Shown: piece by piece, positions 1 through 13,082 of the stretch | Numbering within the stretch: position 1 is the stretch's first letter | Layout: each line of letters starts with the position of its first letter | From: the human T2T-CHM13v2.0 reference genome, Homo sapiens | Strand: one strand, 5' to 3' | DNA length: 64,000 bases | Assembly: GCF_009914755.1 (NCBI RefSeq) | Contig: NC_060935.1 | Position numbers and translations under genes: made by a program | The notes under the pieces: model-generated | What the model was told of the DNA's origin: nothing | Databases searched by the model: none | The model's input: the letters and a program-made list of their open reading frames with translations, nothing else

Positions 1-291
1 TCCCAGTACTGCAAGAACAATTCCCACAGTGAGCGATTCCACACCTCCCCATTTCATTTCCTAAGAACTTTCAGAAACGGAGCCTTTTGTTATGTCTAAC
101 CACGGTACCTCCAGCTGCAGTGGGACCTCTGTCTCCCTTGGAGGCTGAGAACAGCTGGGCCCCAGGTCCCGGTGAACAACACAGCCTGTTGGATTCCTGG
201 CCAGTGTGTTCTCTCCTACCTCTCGGGATCCACCTTCCTGTGTATGCTGCGGGGAGAGGAGGCCCTGTGCTGAGCGCTTGGGGAGCCTCAC

Positions 292-432
292 CTGGAGCCC
301 TCTCTCTCTTGCTCCTGCTCCAGCTCACTGGCCTTCATCTGCACATAGTCCTGCACCAGTGCAGCCAGCAGGAGGCGCGCTTCGTCCTCACTGAGCGTGG
401 CCGGGTCTGCTGGGCTGCTCTCCAGGGCAGAC
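292..432 (-). CDS. CALCA: CALCA coding exon 3 (N-terminal propeptide of calcitonin/alpha-CGRP precursor)
   Basis: Minus-strand translation [46 protein letters not shown] matches the CALCA propeptide (CALCB differs). Acceptor CTCCACAG|G at 433/432, donor CAG|GTGAG at 292/291, 141 bp, phase compatible with exon 2. The gene continues beyond position 1. Confidence 0.97.
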
Positions 433-613
433 CTGTGGAGGGGAAGCAAACTCAGTGCAGGCTGTGAGCCCCTGCCTGCCCCTCCCCAGGATAAGCAGCC
501 AGGCTTCCTGGTCTTTGCTTCTTCCCCTGAGGATGTGGCCAGCGGGAGTCCTAGGGGACAGGGCACAAGGCCAGTGTCCTCCTCAGGACCCAGGCACTGG
601 TGTGGCCTCTAAG

Positions 614-1406
<793 letters not shown>

Positions 1407-1463
1407 CTTAAGAGGCATGGAATTGTCTGATACCAGTGTGGTTCTGGCTTCAGGCTGTCTTAC

Positions 1464-1549
1464 CTGAATGGTGCTGCATGGAGGCTGCCTGCCTGCAACA
1501 GGACCAAGATGCTGAGAGCCAGGAAGGGGGAGAACTTTTGGAAGCCCAT
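1464..1549 (-). CDS. CALCA: CALCA exon 2 coding part (start codon and signal peptide)
   Basis: ATG at 1549 gives [29 protein letters not shown]. Donor CAG|GTAAG at 1464/1463; acceptor TTGCAG|AGAGGTGTC puts the whole exon at 1464-1558. Confidence 0.97.
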
Positions 1550-2601
1550 GACACCTCTCTGCAAGGGAAGAATGAGATAAACCACCTGCGCCAGTTCGAA
1601 GTTCTAGGAGCCCACAGACCTTGGCTCCTATCCTGGTTTTCTGTCTTGCTTCTAACGCTCTGGCTTTGTGGCTTCAGACTGGTCATTATATTTCTCTTCT
1701 TTTTTGTTTCCTCATCAGCACAGTGGACTTCTGGGAGGTTCAGTGGGCCTGTAGCATGCACAGTCTGATAGAGCTGGAGGAGCGATCCTAGAGGGAGAGC
1801 TGAGTGGGGGAGGTCTCAGTCCTACCCTTCTCCCCAAAGCCACACAGATACATATAAACCTGTTAGCCAGGTCTCTGTGGAGGACATGCTCCCAGGCCCC
1901 TGTCACAGAAGCTGATCCCATAAGGAAACCCAGAGCTGTCCTCCTCTTCTGGGGCTTTTGCATACACCTTGGTGGGAGGGGTGGGATCTATCCACAGAGA
2001 TTATCTCTGCAATTGGAATCTGAGAAATAAAAGAATCAATTTTAGTGCTCAGCCTAAGCTCCGCCTGCTGGCACCTCAGTCCCCTGCAGGAACCAAGTTT
2101 TACTCTTAAATTGGGACCCAAGACTTTCTCTCTTTGCTCCCAGAGCCTGTGACTGGGGCTTGCAGTTTAGGGCTGCTTGTCCCTCAGTCGTCGTGCCTAT
2201 TTGCCACCCATCCGCTCTGTTCCAGGTTCTGAACCAATTTCCCTGGGACTGCTGGGCTCCAGACGCCGTCCCTGATCGCACCGTCTGCGGAAAGTTTCTC
2301 TTGCCTCAGGCTCTGTGCGCGGTCCCTGGGGAGCCTGAGTGTCCCGAGACTGGCCTAAGCCTGTGTGCAGTGCGAGAGAGTAAGACTGGAGTCCGCAGCC
2401 GAGCAGGAAGAGCGAGCCGGGGGATTGAGACTGTCCGATCCAACCTAGGGCACGAGCCTGGTATAAATCGCGGACTAACAGAGACTATCTGATGAAGAGA
2501 CTAACGGAGAGAGAGGGAGAGGAGGAAAGGGAGTGAGAAAATGACGAATGGAGGGAGAGGGAGGGAGAGACATATACCTGAGCCAGAATCTCGGGGCTCA
2601 C

Positions 2602-2708
2602 CTGGCGGGAGGTGGCTTGGATCAGAGGCGGTGGCAGCGGCGGCGGCGGCGTCCAGCCAGAGCCCTGTGGAAGCGGCGGCGACACTTGGGCTGGGCAGTG
2701 TCTCTGAT
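2602..2708 (-). other. CALCA: CALCA non-coding exon 1 (5' UTR); TSS approximate
   Basis: Starts ATCAGAGACACTG about 25-30 nt below an AATAAG box. Donor CAG|GTGAGC at 2602/2601 and an alternative donor CAG|GTATAT at 2578/2577. Confidence 0.85.
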
Positions 2709-2731
2709 GCCTCCCAGCGCCAGCGACTGCT

Positions 2732-2790
2732 CTTATTCCCGCCGCTGTGGGTCGGGAAAGTTCCGCCAGTGCACAGCAACCAATGGGCGG
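2732..2790 (-). promoter_or_regulatory. CALCA core promoter: non-canonical TATA (AATAAG, 2732-2737), CCAAT (2780-2784), GC box (2785-2790)
   Basis: Motifs read directly just upstream of exon 1. Confidence 0.7.
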
Positions 2791-2810
2791 AGGGGTCCTT
2801 TGCCCCTGGG

Positions 2811-2967
2811 TTGCGTCACCCTCATGCTTCCAGAACCTGGAGGATCCAGCAGGACCGTCCCACTTGTATTTGCATTGAGGTCATTGATGGAAATGGTGGG
2901 GGATGGTGGGGGCACCAACAAGTAACGCCCTTAAAGTGAGCGGGAATTTGAGGGCAGTTTGACGTCA
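2811..2967 (-). promoter_or_regulatory. CALCA proximal cAMP/Ras-responsive region: CRE-like TGACGCAA (2811-2818), octamer ATGCAAAT (2868-2875), RREB1-type CCCCCACCATCCCCCACC (~2895-2912), full CRE TGACGTCA (2960-2967)
   Basis: Motifs visible in sequence. Positions (about -105 to -255) fit the known calcitonin promoter layout. Confidence 0.8.
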
Positions 2968-3254
2968 TGGTGAATTTCACCTCTCAGTCCGGCCTGGTTT
3001 TGAACCCTCGCCCCACTCCACCCCTGGTTTCACGATTTGGCGGAAAGGGTCCAGGATTGTAGGGACTCTTCCAACTCTGATCCCAGACCCCTGCCCAAGT
3101 GAGATTTTAAAGGTTAATGCCCCTAAGGGTGGGTTCTGGGCCCAAGAAATCTGACTCCAGTAGCTGGTATTACCCACAGAGGGCCAGGGCTCGTGGGAAA
3201 CAAGAGACGGAGCTGGGAGCAAGAACTTTGTTAGACAGGAGTTCAATTACAGTT

Positions 3255-3390
3255 GGCCCAATTCCTGGTTGTGTGATCATGGGCAAGTAACTTCACAGAG
3301 GCTCAGTGTACTCATCTTTGAAATGGGGACCACAATCTCATCTTGAAGGAATATTGTGAGAAACAGCCCAGCGCCTGGGCCTCAGATAGG
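3255..3390 (+). mobile_element. MIR fragment
   Basis: TGTGTGATCATGGGCAAGTAACTTCAC...CTCATCTTTGAAATGGGGA resembles the MIR core. Confidence 0.6.
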
Positions 3391-3618
3391 CAGGGATCTA
3401 CAAGAGTTTCCTGGTCCGCATAGGGGATTCTGTAAGATCTCCATGGATACTTTCCGAATCTCCATCTCCCCGGACTGTCCCGGGGTACTCTTCAGATCCA
3501 TTACATGTGTGAGGAGGGGGCCGATGACCTGCTGGGCCTGAGGGGTGAGTTGCAAGGTACAGATGCGGAAGCCTCCATCCAGACCTCTGGACCTCCCCCT
3601 TCCTACCCTGCCATCCAT

Positions 3619-3752
3619 CACCTGCCTGAGCCGTTTGCACAGCTGCCCCTTTGCTTCCGGCTGCTGTTTGCCAAGATGTCCCAGAGACATTCTATTCCGG
3701 CCCCGTACCCCCACCCCCGCACTTCAGTCCTCTACTAAAGAGCAGGCAGGTG
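3619..3752 (-). promoter_or_regulatory. CALCA distal neuroendocrine enhancer: E-boxes plus HLH-octamer/forkhead composite GGCAGCTGTGCAAA
   Basis: Reverse complement of 3634-3647 is GGCAGCTGTGCAAA. Further E-boxes at 3619-3624 and 3747-3752. About -0.9 to -1.05 kb, as known for the calcitonin/CGRP enhancer. Confidence 0.8.
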
Positions 3753-3929
3753 TGACAGTGCTGTGTGGTCCCTGCCTAGATCAAGCTCACACTCGCTTCC
3801 GGTCACACTCATTTACACACACCCAAACCCATTACTGTCTCCCAACATGTGCCCACTCTGAATCACAGACACTAAAAAACAGATACTGGCCAGAAGAGTA
3901 TCCTGAGGTGTTCACTCAAACGTGTCCCA

Positions 3930-4930
3930 AGCCTGCCTCCGAGTCTCTCGGGCGGTCGCATCCACACACTCGCACGACGATGACCTGCTTGCATCAAACC
4001 TGCACACATCACGAACAGGCGCCCTCCATCACACCCAATTACGCGTGACCTCAACAGCTCTCACATCCCGCAGAACCGGGTTTCAGTTCCACTGTGCCTG
4101 AGCGTTCAGCTCAGCAGAGGTAGGGACTAAGGCGCTTGCCGCCCACAGCGTCCAGAGTGGCAAGAAAGAAGCTTTTCAGCGTCTCCACCATCTCCCGGTG
4201 GAACGCGCAGCGCGCGATCTGCTGCAGCCGGTCCGGGCGCTGCCTGTGCGGTGAGCGCAGCAGCGGCATCCCGGGGCTGTGGGCGGAGGCAAGGACTCTA
4301 GCTTGAGGTTCTTTGAGGCAGAGCAGAAATTAGCCCCTAGGTGTGCCGTCCGTGGCGCGAGTCACGGAACTCCAGGTACCCCGGGGTCGTGTCCGCACCT
4401 TTGTCCTCAGTCCCCAGAAGCGTCGAAATTTCTTAGCACGACACCCCTGCCTCGCGCTACATCTCTTCCCCCTAGGGGGTTGGTGGCCTCCGTGCTCAAA
4501 GGAGGCAGCGGGAACGCCTAACTTCTAAGATGCCCTTAATTGATCTCCTCCTTCTTAACTACAGCGAGGGAATAACAACTCGGGGCTGGGGACTGGGTAT
4601 CTAAGACTCGCTCTCCGCAGGGTCCGCCGGCAGGGCGGCCACAGGACCCGGGACTGGAACTGGCCCGGGAGGACACCGGCGCGTGTCAGGCGCAGAGCGT
4701 GAAACAGGCAAGCTGCGCGCAGAGCAGGGCTTGGATGGCGGATCTTGGGCACAATGAGCCCCGGATCCTGAAGGAAGATAACCCCTGCTGAGACCCTGTC
4801 CGGAGCCTTGGAGCTTTTCAGCAGTTTAGGCTCGGATCTCCGGCCTGGGTTTTCGGTGCAGAGCTGCTTGAAGAGTTGCGAAGGCCGCAGTGCGGGCACT
4901 GAGTGGGGCGTAGTGCTTGGGCCTCTGCCA
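3930..4930. other. CpG-rich island upstream of CALCA
   Basis: High GC with dense CpG/CGCG runs relative to CpG-depleted flanks. Boundaries estimated by eye. Confidence 0.75.
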
Positions 4931-6572
4931 CTGGGGCTGTAGCAGAAGGGTATTTGCGCTCAGCTACCACATACTTCAGCGGAAATGATTTTTTTCCAAG
5001 ACCAGAGGTTTCTAACATAAGAACCTCCTGAAACCGTTTGTAAGTGTGTGTGTCTGTGATGTGTGTTTTCCTAAAGAGAGAGTTCATAGCTTTCGCCCGT
5101 GCCACGGTGACCGCAAAATGAAAGCCAGTAGACGCAGATTTTGTGGCCATGTCACTTTGAGGGGTCGGAATTCTACTCCTGACTGTGGTGTGTGTCTTCA
5201 GCCTTCAGAATAGACACGTACTCCCCACTATCAAATCTTTGGCAGCTACAAATCAAAGGCTGGTGCCGTGGGGCGCTAACCAGAGTCTGCGTCCAGAGGG
5301 CGCTAGTGTAGCCCCGAGCAGTTTCAAGACTGACTGTAAAAGTCTGTCTCTTTAGGACAGGAGGGACGGTCATTAACTCACCTCTCAAGCACTCCTTGAG
5401 TTTGTAGGAATTGCCTGGCTCCTTGCTGGGGGCCGAAAGTTTTTTTCGTTTTTGTTTGAAAATCATTTTCTCCAGCAATTAGCACCATGCCAGGCACCCT
5501 AGTAGACGATCCGCCAAAGTTAAATGAATGAAAATTCATTCTGGCAAATTCACCAGTTTCACAAGGTAGCTTGCAGAAAATTCGGACCTAGTTAGAGCGG
5601 CATTTCGCTTTGCTTTCCGAAATCCACAAACTATTCAGCCAGACTCCTCCCATTTTATTTGTCACAGCAAGTCGGTTCCCAGGTAGAAGTTTTCAGGAAT
5701 GAGGCAGGGAAGTAAGGATTTCGTCTAGGGTTCTCTCTAAAGACTGAGATCTTCTGGTGCAAAATGCGAAGTCATTCTCTGAGCCCATCCCGGATTTACT
5801 GAGCGAGCGAAGGAAGGGTAGAGCTTCCCGTGAGCGGATCACTTAGATTTCATCCCGCTATTCCTGGAACTTCTCTGAGTTTCAGTACTAAACAGAGCAT
5901 GGTCTAACGGAAGTCGCCAAGGAAAATGCTGATTTTAAAAAAATAGTCGCTTGACTATTTGACCCTTGATTTTTACTGTCTTACTTCCTAACTTAAAAAT
6001 CTGGAAACCAGGGTCAGTTTTGAAACAATCTGATTTTGGAAAAAAACATTTTTACAACACTCCAATAAAGTCTAACTGTAATGTTTGTTCCCATTCGTTT
6101 AGACCAGATTCCTGTACCCTTTGCTTAAGAAATAAAAATAAACATGAAGTCTGGTTGAAAATTCTTACGTGAATTTCCACGTGATTAAAAAAGTCACACC
6201 TGAAGGCTTGAGTTCAGAGCTCAAGTTAAATTTATTACTGCTCTACAATTCCTTTATAATATGGACTCAACCACAAAATCTCAGCAGTAGCAACAGCACC
6301 ACCAGCAACAGTAATACAACAGCCCACAACACATACATTTTCTTCAGCCTGGTAGAAACGTGGAGCTATCAAATTAACTGGAAAAAATCCCAACTGAAAA
6401 TCGATTGCACTGTTTAAAGAAGGGCAGAAATCAAAGCTTTCCATCATCGTGTTTACTGAAGAACATGCCAAGAGAAGTAGTTGCTTCTGAATCATTTTCC
6501 TAAGACACTTTTAGACTGCAGTAAAGCTGCTTCTGGGGGAGGGAGTACAGAAATGGCTGCCAAAGAGACAGC

Positions 6573-7189
6573 GAGATTCACAATAACCAAGATACAGAAA
6601 CAGCCTAAGTGTCCATTGATGAATGAATTATTAAAGAAAATGTGGTGTGTGTTTATCACACACACACAATGGAATATTAGTCAGCAGTATTATTCAGAAG
6701 AAGGAAATATTGTCATTTGTGCCAACATGGCTGAACCTGGGGAATATTATGACACACAAAATAAGTGAGGCACAGAAAGACACGTAATACATGATCTCAC
6801 TTATATGTAGAATCTCAAAAAACAAGTCGAACTCAGTAACAAAGGTTAGAATGGTGATTATTTGGGGCTGCGGTTGGGGGTAAAAGAGAAATACTAGTTA
6901 AAGGATACAACCTTTCAGTTATAAGATGAGTAAGTTCTGGAGACCTAATATACAGCCTGGTGACTATAGTTAACATATGCTTGAAATTTGCAAAGAGAGT
7001 AGATCTCAAGAGCTCTAAGCGCACACACACACACACACACACACAGGAAACTATGTGAGGTAATGATATGTTAATTAACTTGATTGTTGCAATCATTTCA
7101 CAAAGTATACATGTATCAAAATATCATATTGTATACCTTAAAAATAAAAACCTTTAATATGGAAATAAAAGTGAAAAAAAAAAAGAGTG
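6573..7189 (+). mobile_element. L1MA-type 3' end fragment with internal (CA)n
   Basis: ORF2 C-terminal/3' UTR motifs, A tail near 7175-7184, direct repeat AGAGACAGC on both sides (6564-6572, 7190-7198). Confidence 0.8.
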
Positions 7190-9677
7190 AGAGACAGCTG
7201 AAATTCCCCAGTGGGAATTTTGCTGAAGACTTTAGAAGAGGGGCATCTGTATAAATACTGAAGAGGATATCAATGTTTTACTAATAACCTAGATATAGAA
7301 TTATCTAAAAGATGTTGCATGTGCAGTAAGTATGAAAAGTCATATAAATCATATTAAATTGAAACAAAGAAAAGATATTATAAATATTATAACTACCATC
7401 AACTAAGTTCCATCCGTGTGCCAGGCACTGTGTGTATATTATCTTTCTTACTCTCAACAGTTTAATAAGATAGATATTTTTATCTTTGTTGTATATGCAA
7501 GGGAATAGTAAGAGTATTTGGCTTGAATTAATTATATTTTCCAGGCTCCTTTTGAGGACCTGAAACATAGCTTATCTCTCTGCCATGTCAGGTAAGAGGT
7601 CTGGTCCCCTGGATCCAGGCACTGACTCAGAGGAAGATATGGGCATGTCTGCCTGCTTCAGGGCTAATGTGATTTGTAGTGAGAGACTCAATCAGCAGGC
7701 ATAAATCATTTACAATTCCTGTACCAATATTTGGGAACATTGACAGTTTTGCAGCAGGAAAATAAACATTGGTGCCACCACTTAAGATAAGTAAATTGCT
7801 AAAGAATAAAACCCAAATCAGATTTATAATAATATTCATAAGATAAAATTTTAAAACACTTGAGTTCAAACAAACAAAAATCCAAATGACTTAACTTCCT
7901 ATATTTAGCATCATGCATTACTTCATCTTGTCTGAAATTGTGGTTGATTTTATGGAGTGTTCTATTTTGCCAGTGGATATGGGGGTTGAGATGGGATGAG
8001 ACAGGAGTTAGTAGAAACAGTGCTGGGAGTCAGGAGTTAGGGTTCTAATTCTCACCCCTAAGGGTATGGCTTTGAGAAAATCATTTGGGCCTCTGTTTCC
8101 ACATCTGATATATGAACTTTTATGGGATCGAGGGATTCCTAAATTCCCTTTTAATTCTGACATTCTATGAACATGCTGTGAATTTTATGCTGCTTTACAG
8201 TACTTTCCTATAACACCTGCTATTTGGCTTCCTCCACTTACACTGGCAGGTACCATTGTCTTCTAAAAGAACAACTGAGGAGTTCAACATGAAGGAGGAA
8301 GGATATGTCATTCTTTGCAGTGACACAATCAGAAAAGGTACTGCTCCCCCACCTAAATATGAGGGATAAGTGATTTTCAGAAGAGACAGGAGAAGAAGGG
8401 ACAAATGTCCTGGTCCTTGTCTCCTTGTCAACAAAAGATGTACTGGTACCCTTTGAAAGGGGACAGAGAGGATGCCAGCTGAACTGGGAGCACTAAGTTC
8501 TCTGCTTTGTGAAAATGAATCTGCAATGAACTCCTGGTCTTTGTCTGGATGCCCATCTTTCTGCAAGTTGTCAGCAGAAGCTTTTCAATGTGGCTACTTG
8601 GTGAGTTCACATACAGCCCAACCCATAGTTCTGATGGAGCCTGAAAATCAGCCCTGAAAAGTTCTCCTCAGAGGATGCCTCTGAAGTGAGAGGCATGAAA
8701 AAAGAGGCTAACCTTCAGGTAGGTCCAGCCAATATTTTAACAAATATTCAATAAATAATTTGGTTGGAAGGTAAATCAATTGAATATGCATTGAGAAATA
8801 TATTATGTCAAGTAGTACATACAATAAATACATAAAATGCATTTGTTTAGAGGGGTTATAAAATTATAATTATATGGCTATACATGTTTGGAAATATTCT
8901 GTATTAGTAGAAATAGAATGAACCAAGTAAGTACTTTTATTAAAATATATGAGGAGCAGGTGAAAGAAAGAAGTGTAGGACTATTTATATCTTTGTTACC
9001 AAAAAGCAAAGAGAAAAGTATGGCTAGTTAACTGGAGTTAATGAAGAGACCCCCACCAGCTTTTCTAACTAGGCTCTCTTCTTGTGTTAATGACATTGTG
9101 TCCACAAATGCTGTGTGCAAATGAGGCAATCAGGTAGAGCCATCCTTGATCTCCAGATCATCTTGGGTGGGTTTGGAGTGCATTATGAGTAGAGAAAAAA
9201 GACTGAGATCATATGGCTAAGGCCTTGTATTGCAAATAAAGAAGATATGCTGAGTTTTTGTGTTTGAGACCATCTTGGGCCTACCTGTTGGTCTCCTGCT
9301 GGTATAACCTGAGAAATGTGAGTAAATCCAGGTTGCCTCACCTTCTATGTTTGCTGTCATCATTTTATGTAAGGACCCCTGGACTAGGGAATAGTAGAGT
9401 TTGTTCTCTTGGTGGCCATTGAGAGCTAAGTTAGGTTGCTAGTAATTGGGTGACCTGATGCCTCATTTGTTTCTCCCTGAACTCTATTGCTGTCAGAGGT
9501 TCAGCATTATCTAGAGGAAGTGAGATAATGAAGTTAACAGGATTGAGGGTTCACCATATGCAGGAAAAGGTGGAAATGAATAAGACCGATTTACTAAAAG
9601 CACTATGTGGTCTCTCAGGGAGACAAGACCCACACAACTGAAATAATGAAAGAAGAATACAAGATAGTGAATAAGTA

Positions 9678-10152
9678 TACTAGTTTCTCATTGCTGCTGT
9701 AACAAATTACCACAAATTTAGTGGCTTAAAACAACACACATTTATTATATTACATTTTTGTAGGTTAGAAGTTCAACATCCAACATGGGTCTCACTGGTC
9801 TAAAATGTTTGCAGGGCTGTTTTTCTTTCTATAGGTTCTAGGGGAGAATCCATTTCCTTTCAATTTCCAGCTTCTAGAGGCCTCCCAAGTTCCTTAGCTC
9901 ATGGCCGCCTTCCTCTGTCTTCAAACCCAAAGTGGAATACATCTCACATCACATCACTGACCTCCTTTTTTGCTTCCCTCTTTTACTTGACAGGATCCTT
10001 GTGATTACCTTAGGGCCAACTCCTGGAGAATCCAGGATAATCTCTCTATCTCAGGGTCCTCTATTTAATCACATCTGCAAGGTCCCTTTTGCTCTGTTCT
10101 CAGGGATTAGGGTGTGAACATTTTGGGGGAGGTCATTCTTATGTCTGCCATA
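9678..10152 (-). mobile_element. MLT1 (MaLR) solo LTR
   Basis: TTGCTGCTGTAACAAATTACCACAAATTTAGTGGCTTAAAACAAC...TAATCACATCTGCAAGGTCCCTTTT, typical reverse-strand MLT1. Confidence 0.85.
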
Positions 10153-11654
10153 ATAAGTAAAGGCTGGGCTAATTGGCCAGGAATGTAAATGATGGGGGTT
10201 GGAGAAACAGGCTGCAAGCACTTTTAGGAAGCCTCCCAGAGATGGTGGGGCCAGAACCAGAAAGTGTCTAAATGGGGGAAATGACAGAGTCTCTGTTGAG
10301 GGATCCATCTACTGGGTTGGGGAAGAGGATGAGGAGAAAAGACAAGCCCTCTTTATATCAGGTGCCATCCTCTATGCCTCTTTTGCTGGGAAGGGAGACC
10401 TCCTGAATATGTACTGTATGGTTGTTGGCATTCACTCCTCAGGTGGACTGTCTAGAAATCATGAAATCTCATGTATCAGAAGTTTCTCTTTTATCAACTT
10501 CCAATTTATTATGTGTCCCTTTTATATTCATGTTTAGATATGCTGTAAACAAAGGGGAGATACTGAGCCAACTGGTGTCAGATTTGGTGCAGACATCTCT
10601 GGGGTGAATTTCCAGTAGGGGTAGGGAATGAAACCTTTGCCACCACATTAGTCCATGTCTTAGCATATTATGATGGTGCTATTAAATCTTAAAGTTGGAG
10701 CTTAGCCTTTGAACCCATGGCTTAGATATCTTGCTAGACTCCTTTGACAAATAACCAAAGAGCAGGTTTCTAATAAATTGATCATTGAATTAAAACACAT
10801 TTGAAAAAAATCCACTTAAAAAAATTTAGTGGCTTCGCTGACGTTGGGCAGGCAATAGGGAATTGCTAAAACATGAGGGGTGTGTAGGTGAGCCTCAGGA
10901 CTTTCCAGCACCCAGTGTGGGGAAGATTTCTAATGTCTCCCTACTCCCATGAGATAAGTTGGTAGTTATTCATACTCAGGCACTGGGGCTTGTGAAGATT
11001 TTATGTGTAACTCCTCCCTACCATGGGACATATTAACTGCCATTAGAGCTTAGAACAAGGGACACCAAGTCAGTACATTTTAGGTTAGATCAGAAATGAG
11101 AAAAACATTTATGGCAGAAAGAAAGAATGGGATTTTATTTCTATGGGGGTTTTCCTGGCCTCTCATTCTTGGAAAATGAGAGGGCTTAACTGAGATTTTT
11201 GTAGAGTGGAGCTGACTGTTGCCCAGGGAACAATTCTTCCCAACCTCAGTGGTACTTTATTTGCTGTAGGCACCAGGAGAGGTTCCTTCCAAGGTCCAGA
11301 GGCTATTTTTATGGTGACTTCAGCTGCCAGGGAAAGAGCTGAGTATAGTGGAAAAGGGCCAGGCTGGTCACTGAGAGGTGGATGGACTTGGTGGGTGACG
11401 TCAAGGAATTACTCAGGATGGATTCCTTTAACATGATTAAAATTCTCCCTTGGCTCAGACTACCCGGATCTAGAATGGCTCTTCACTCCCTGGCCAGGAA
11501 CATTGTTCCGTGGAACAAGAGAGATAGAGATAGGAAGCTTCCCATGGTACCAGAAAGCTCATTACAGAGATGACTCTTTTATGGGTATTGCCAGGGAATA
11601 ATAAGTTACATATAAGGGGATTTCTTATATAAATAGACTCTGACTGAGATTATG

Positions 11655-11875
11655 AAGAGTGGGGCTTTGAGGTCTTATGCAACTGGATTTGAGTCTTGGC
11701 TCTACCACTCGCTTATTGTTCTTAGGCAGATAATAATCTCCCTAAACTACAGTTTCTGAACATGTAAAATGGGGATAGTAAGAACTACCTAGGAGGGTTA
11801 AAGCTATTTTATGCTAGAATACCTGATGCATTGCTTGGCATGAAGCAAATTCTTAAGAGTGGTGGCCATTATTAT
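11655..11875 (+). mobile_element. MIR
   Basis: CTGGATTTGAGTCTTGGCTCTACCACT...TGTAAAATGGGGATA core. Confidence 0.6.
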
Positions 11876-13082
11876 TAAAACAAGAACTTATTCCTTGAAG
11901 TGCCAAATGACATCAGCTTAATACAGTAAATTAAATAAAATCATTACACATTCCTCTGTCTTCTTAAGAGGCCAATCTATAAGCCTTTAATTCTCAGAAT
12001 AAAACTAATTGCCAAGGCCACAACAGAATGGCTCTGCCTTTCCCAACCCTCTCAGATTCATGCCTGGCTGCATTGCAGCCTCACTGCCCAGCAGGATTAA
12101 GCACCTGGCATATTACCAGGATATGTAGAGTAGGCACTGTAGAGTGATGGCTATTATTGTCGTTATGACAAAAGCTTACCCCTTCAAGTGCCAAACTATA
12201 TCAATTTAGTTTGAAAAATTAGAAAAAAATGGATTTCACACACCTCTACATTTTTATAAAGAATAAACCAAATATAGTTTCAATTCTTTCTTGACAATTC
12301 ATTGTCACCATCATAAGAATATCACTTAATGTGTTGGCCCACATGTTGGACCAATAGCCTCAAGCAAGATCATACCACACTGTCTTTCTTTTTGAGGTGT
12401 AATATACATGTAATTTTATGATTATTCTATTTTTTTTCTTCAGTTTGTCTCCTATCGCTTATTACTGGTTTCAAGTAATATAGTAGTAATCTATCTACTT
12501 CCATTTTCATTTGGTACACAGCAAAACAAACAATAAAACACCAACAAAAACAAAAACCAAGCTTAGTAGAATGGTATGGGAACAAAGAACTTATAGTCAT
12601 GGAGTATGGACCTGTAAATACTGGTCAAGAACTATAGAAAGGGGACTTTTTGGACATCTGCTCAACTAATTTGTACTCAAGAGAACAGAAGCAAAGCTTT
12701 TCAGAATTATGTTTAGGCACACAGCAGATACTGAGTGTGCTCTTATGGTCTTTTGGTCAGGAACTTCATGGTCTTTTGCAACAACGGCTTCAATTGACTT
12801 CTGCTTAGGGAAACCAAACAGAACAAGCAAACATGGTAGAGCTGTGTGTGCATGAAGAGCCTATAGACCTTGAGTGAGAACTTCTTAATGGTCATGATGG
12901 CAATAATGGATCACTGTGACACCATTACAGTTATTCATATATGGGTTTTTTTGGTCTTTTTTTCTCAGCTTTGTCTGGCTTAAGGGAGGTTGCCAGGCCA
13001 GTGACACCTGATGAGTGGGTGTTTTGTAGTTTCTTTCAGGAGGTAGAATACTGGTGAAGACAAAGTCCATGATGTGGGAAGT

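Noticed and set aside
183-198. 16-bp identity AGCCTGTTGGATTCCT between CALCA intron 3 and the OR7E pseudogene (reverse complement of 18521-18536)
   Set aside because: One 16-mer match is expected by chance in a two-strand self-comparison of 64 kb, and it does not extend.
1714-1734. Partial REST/RE1-like sites (also at ~4342-4362)
   Set aside because: Only about 12-13 of 21 positions match, and one half-site is poor in each case.
2541-2939. Antisense ORFs of 125-132 aa over the promoter, and other GC-rich ORFs to 5.5 kb
   Set aside because: Expected in GC-rich, stop-poor DNA; no recognisable protein features.
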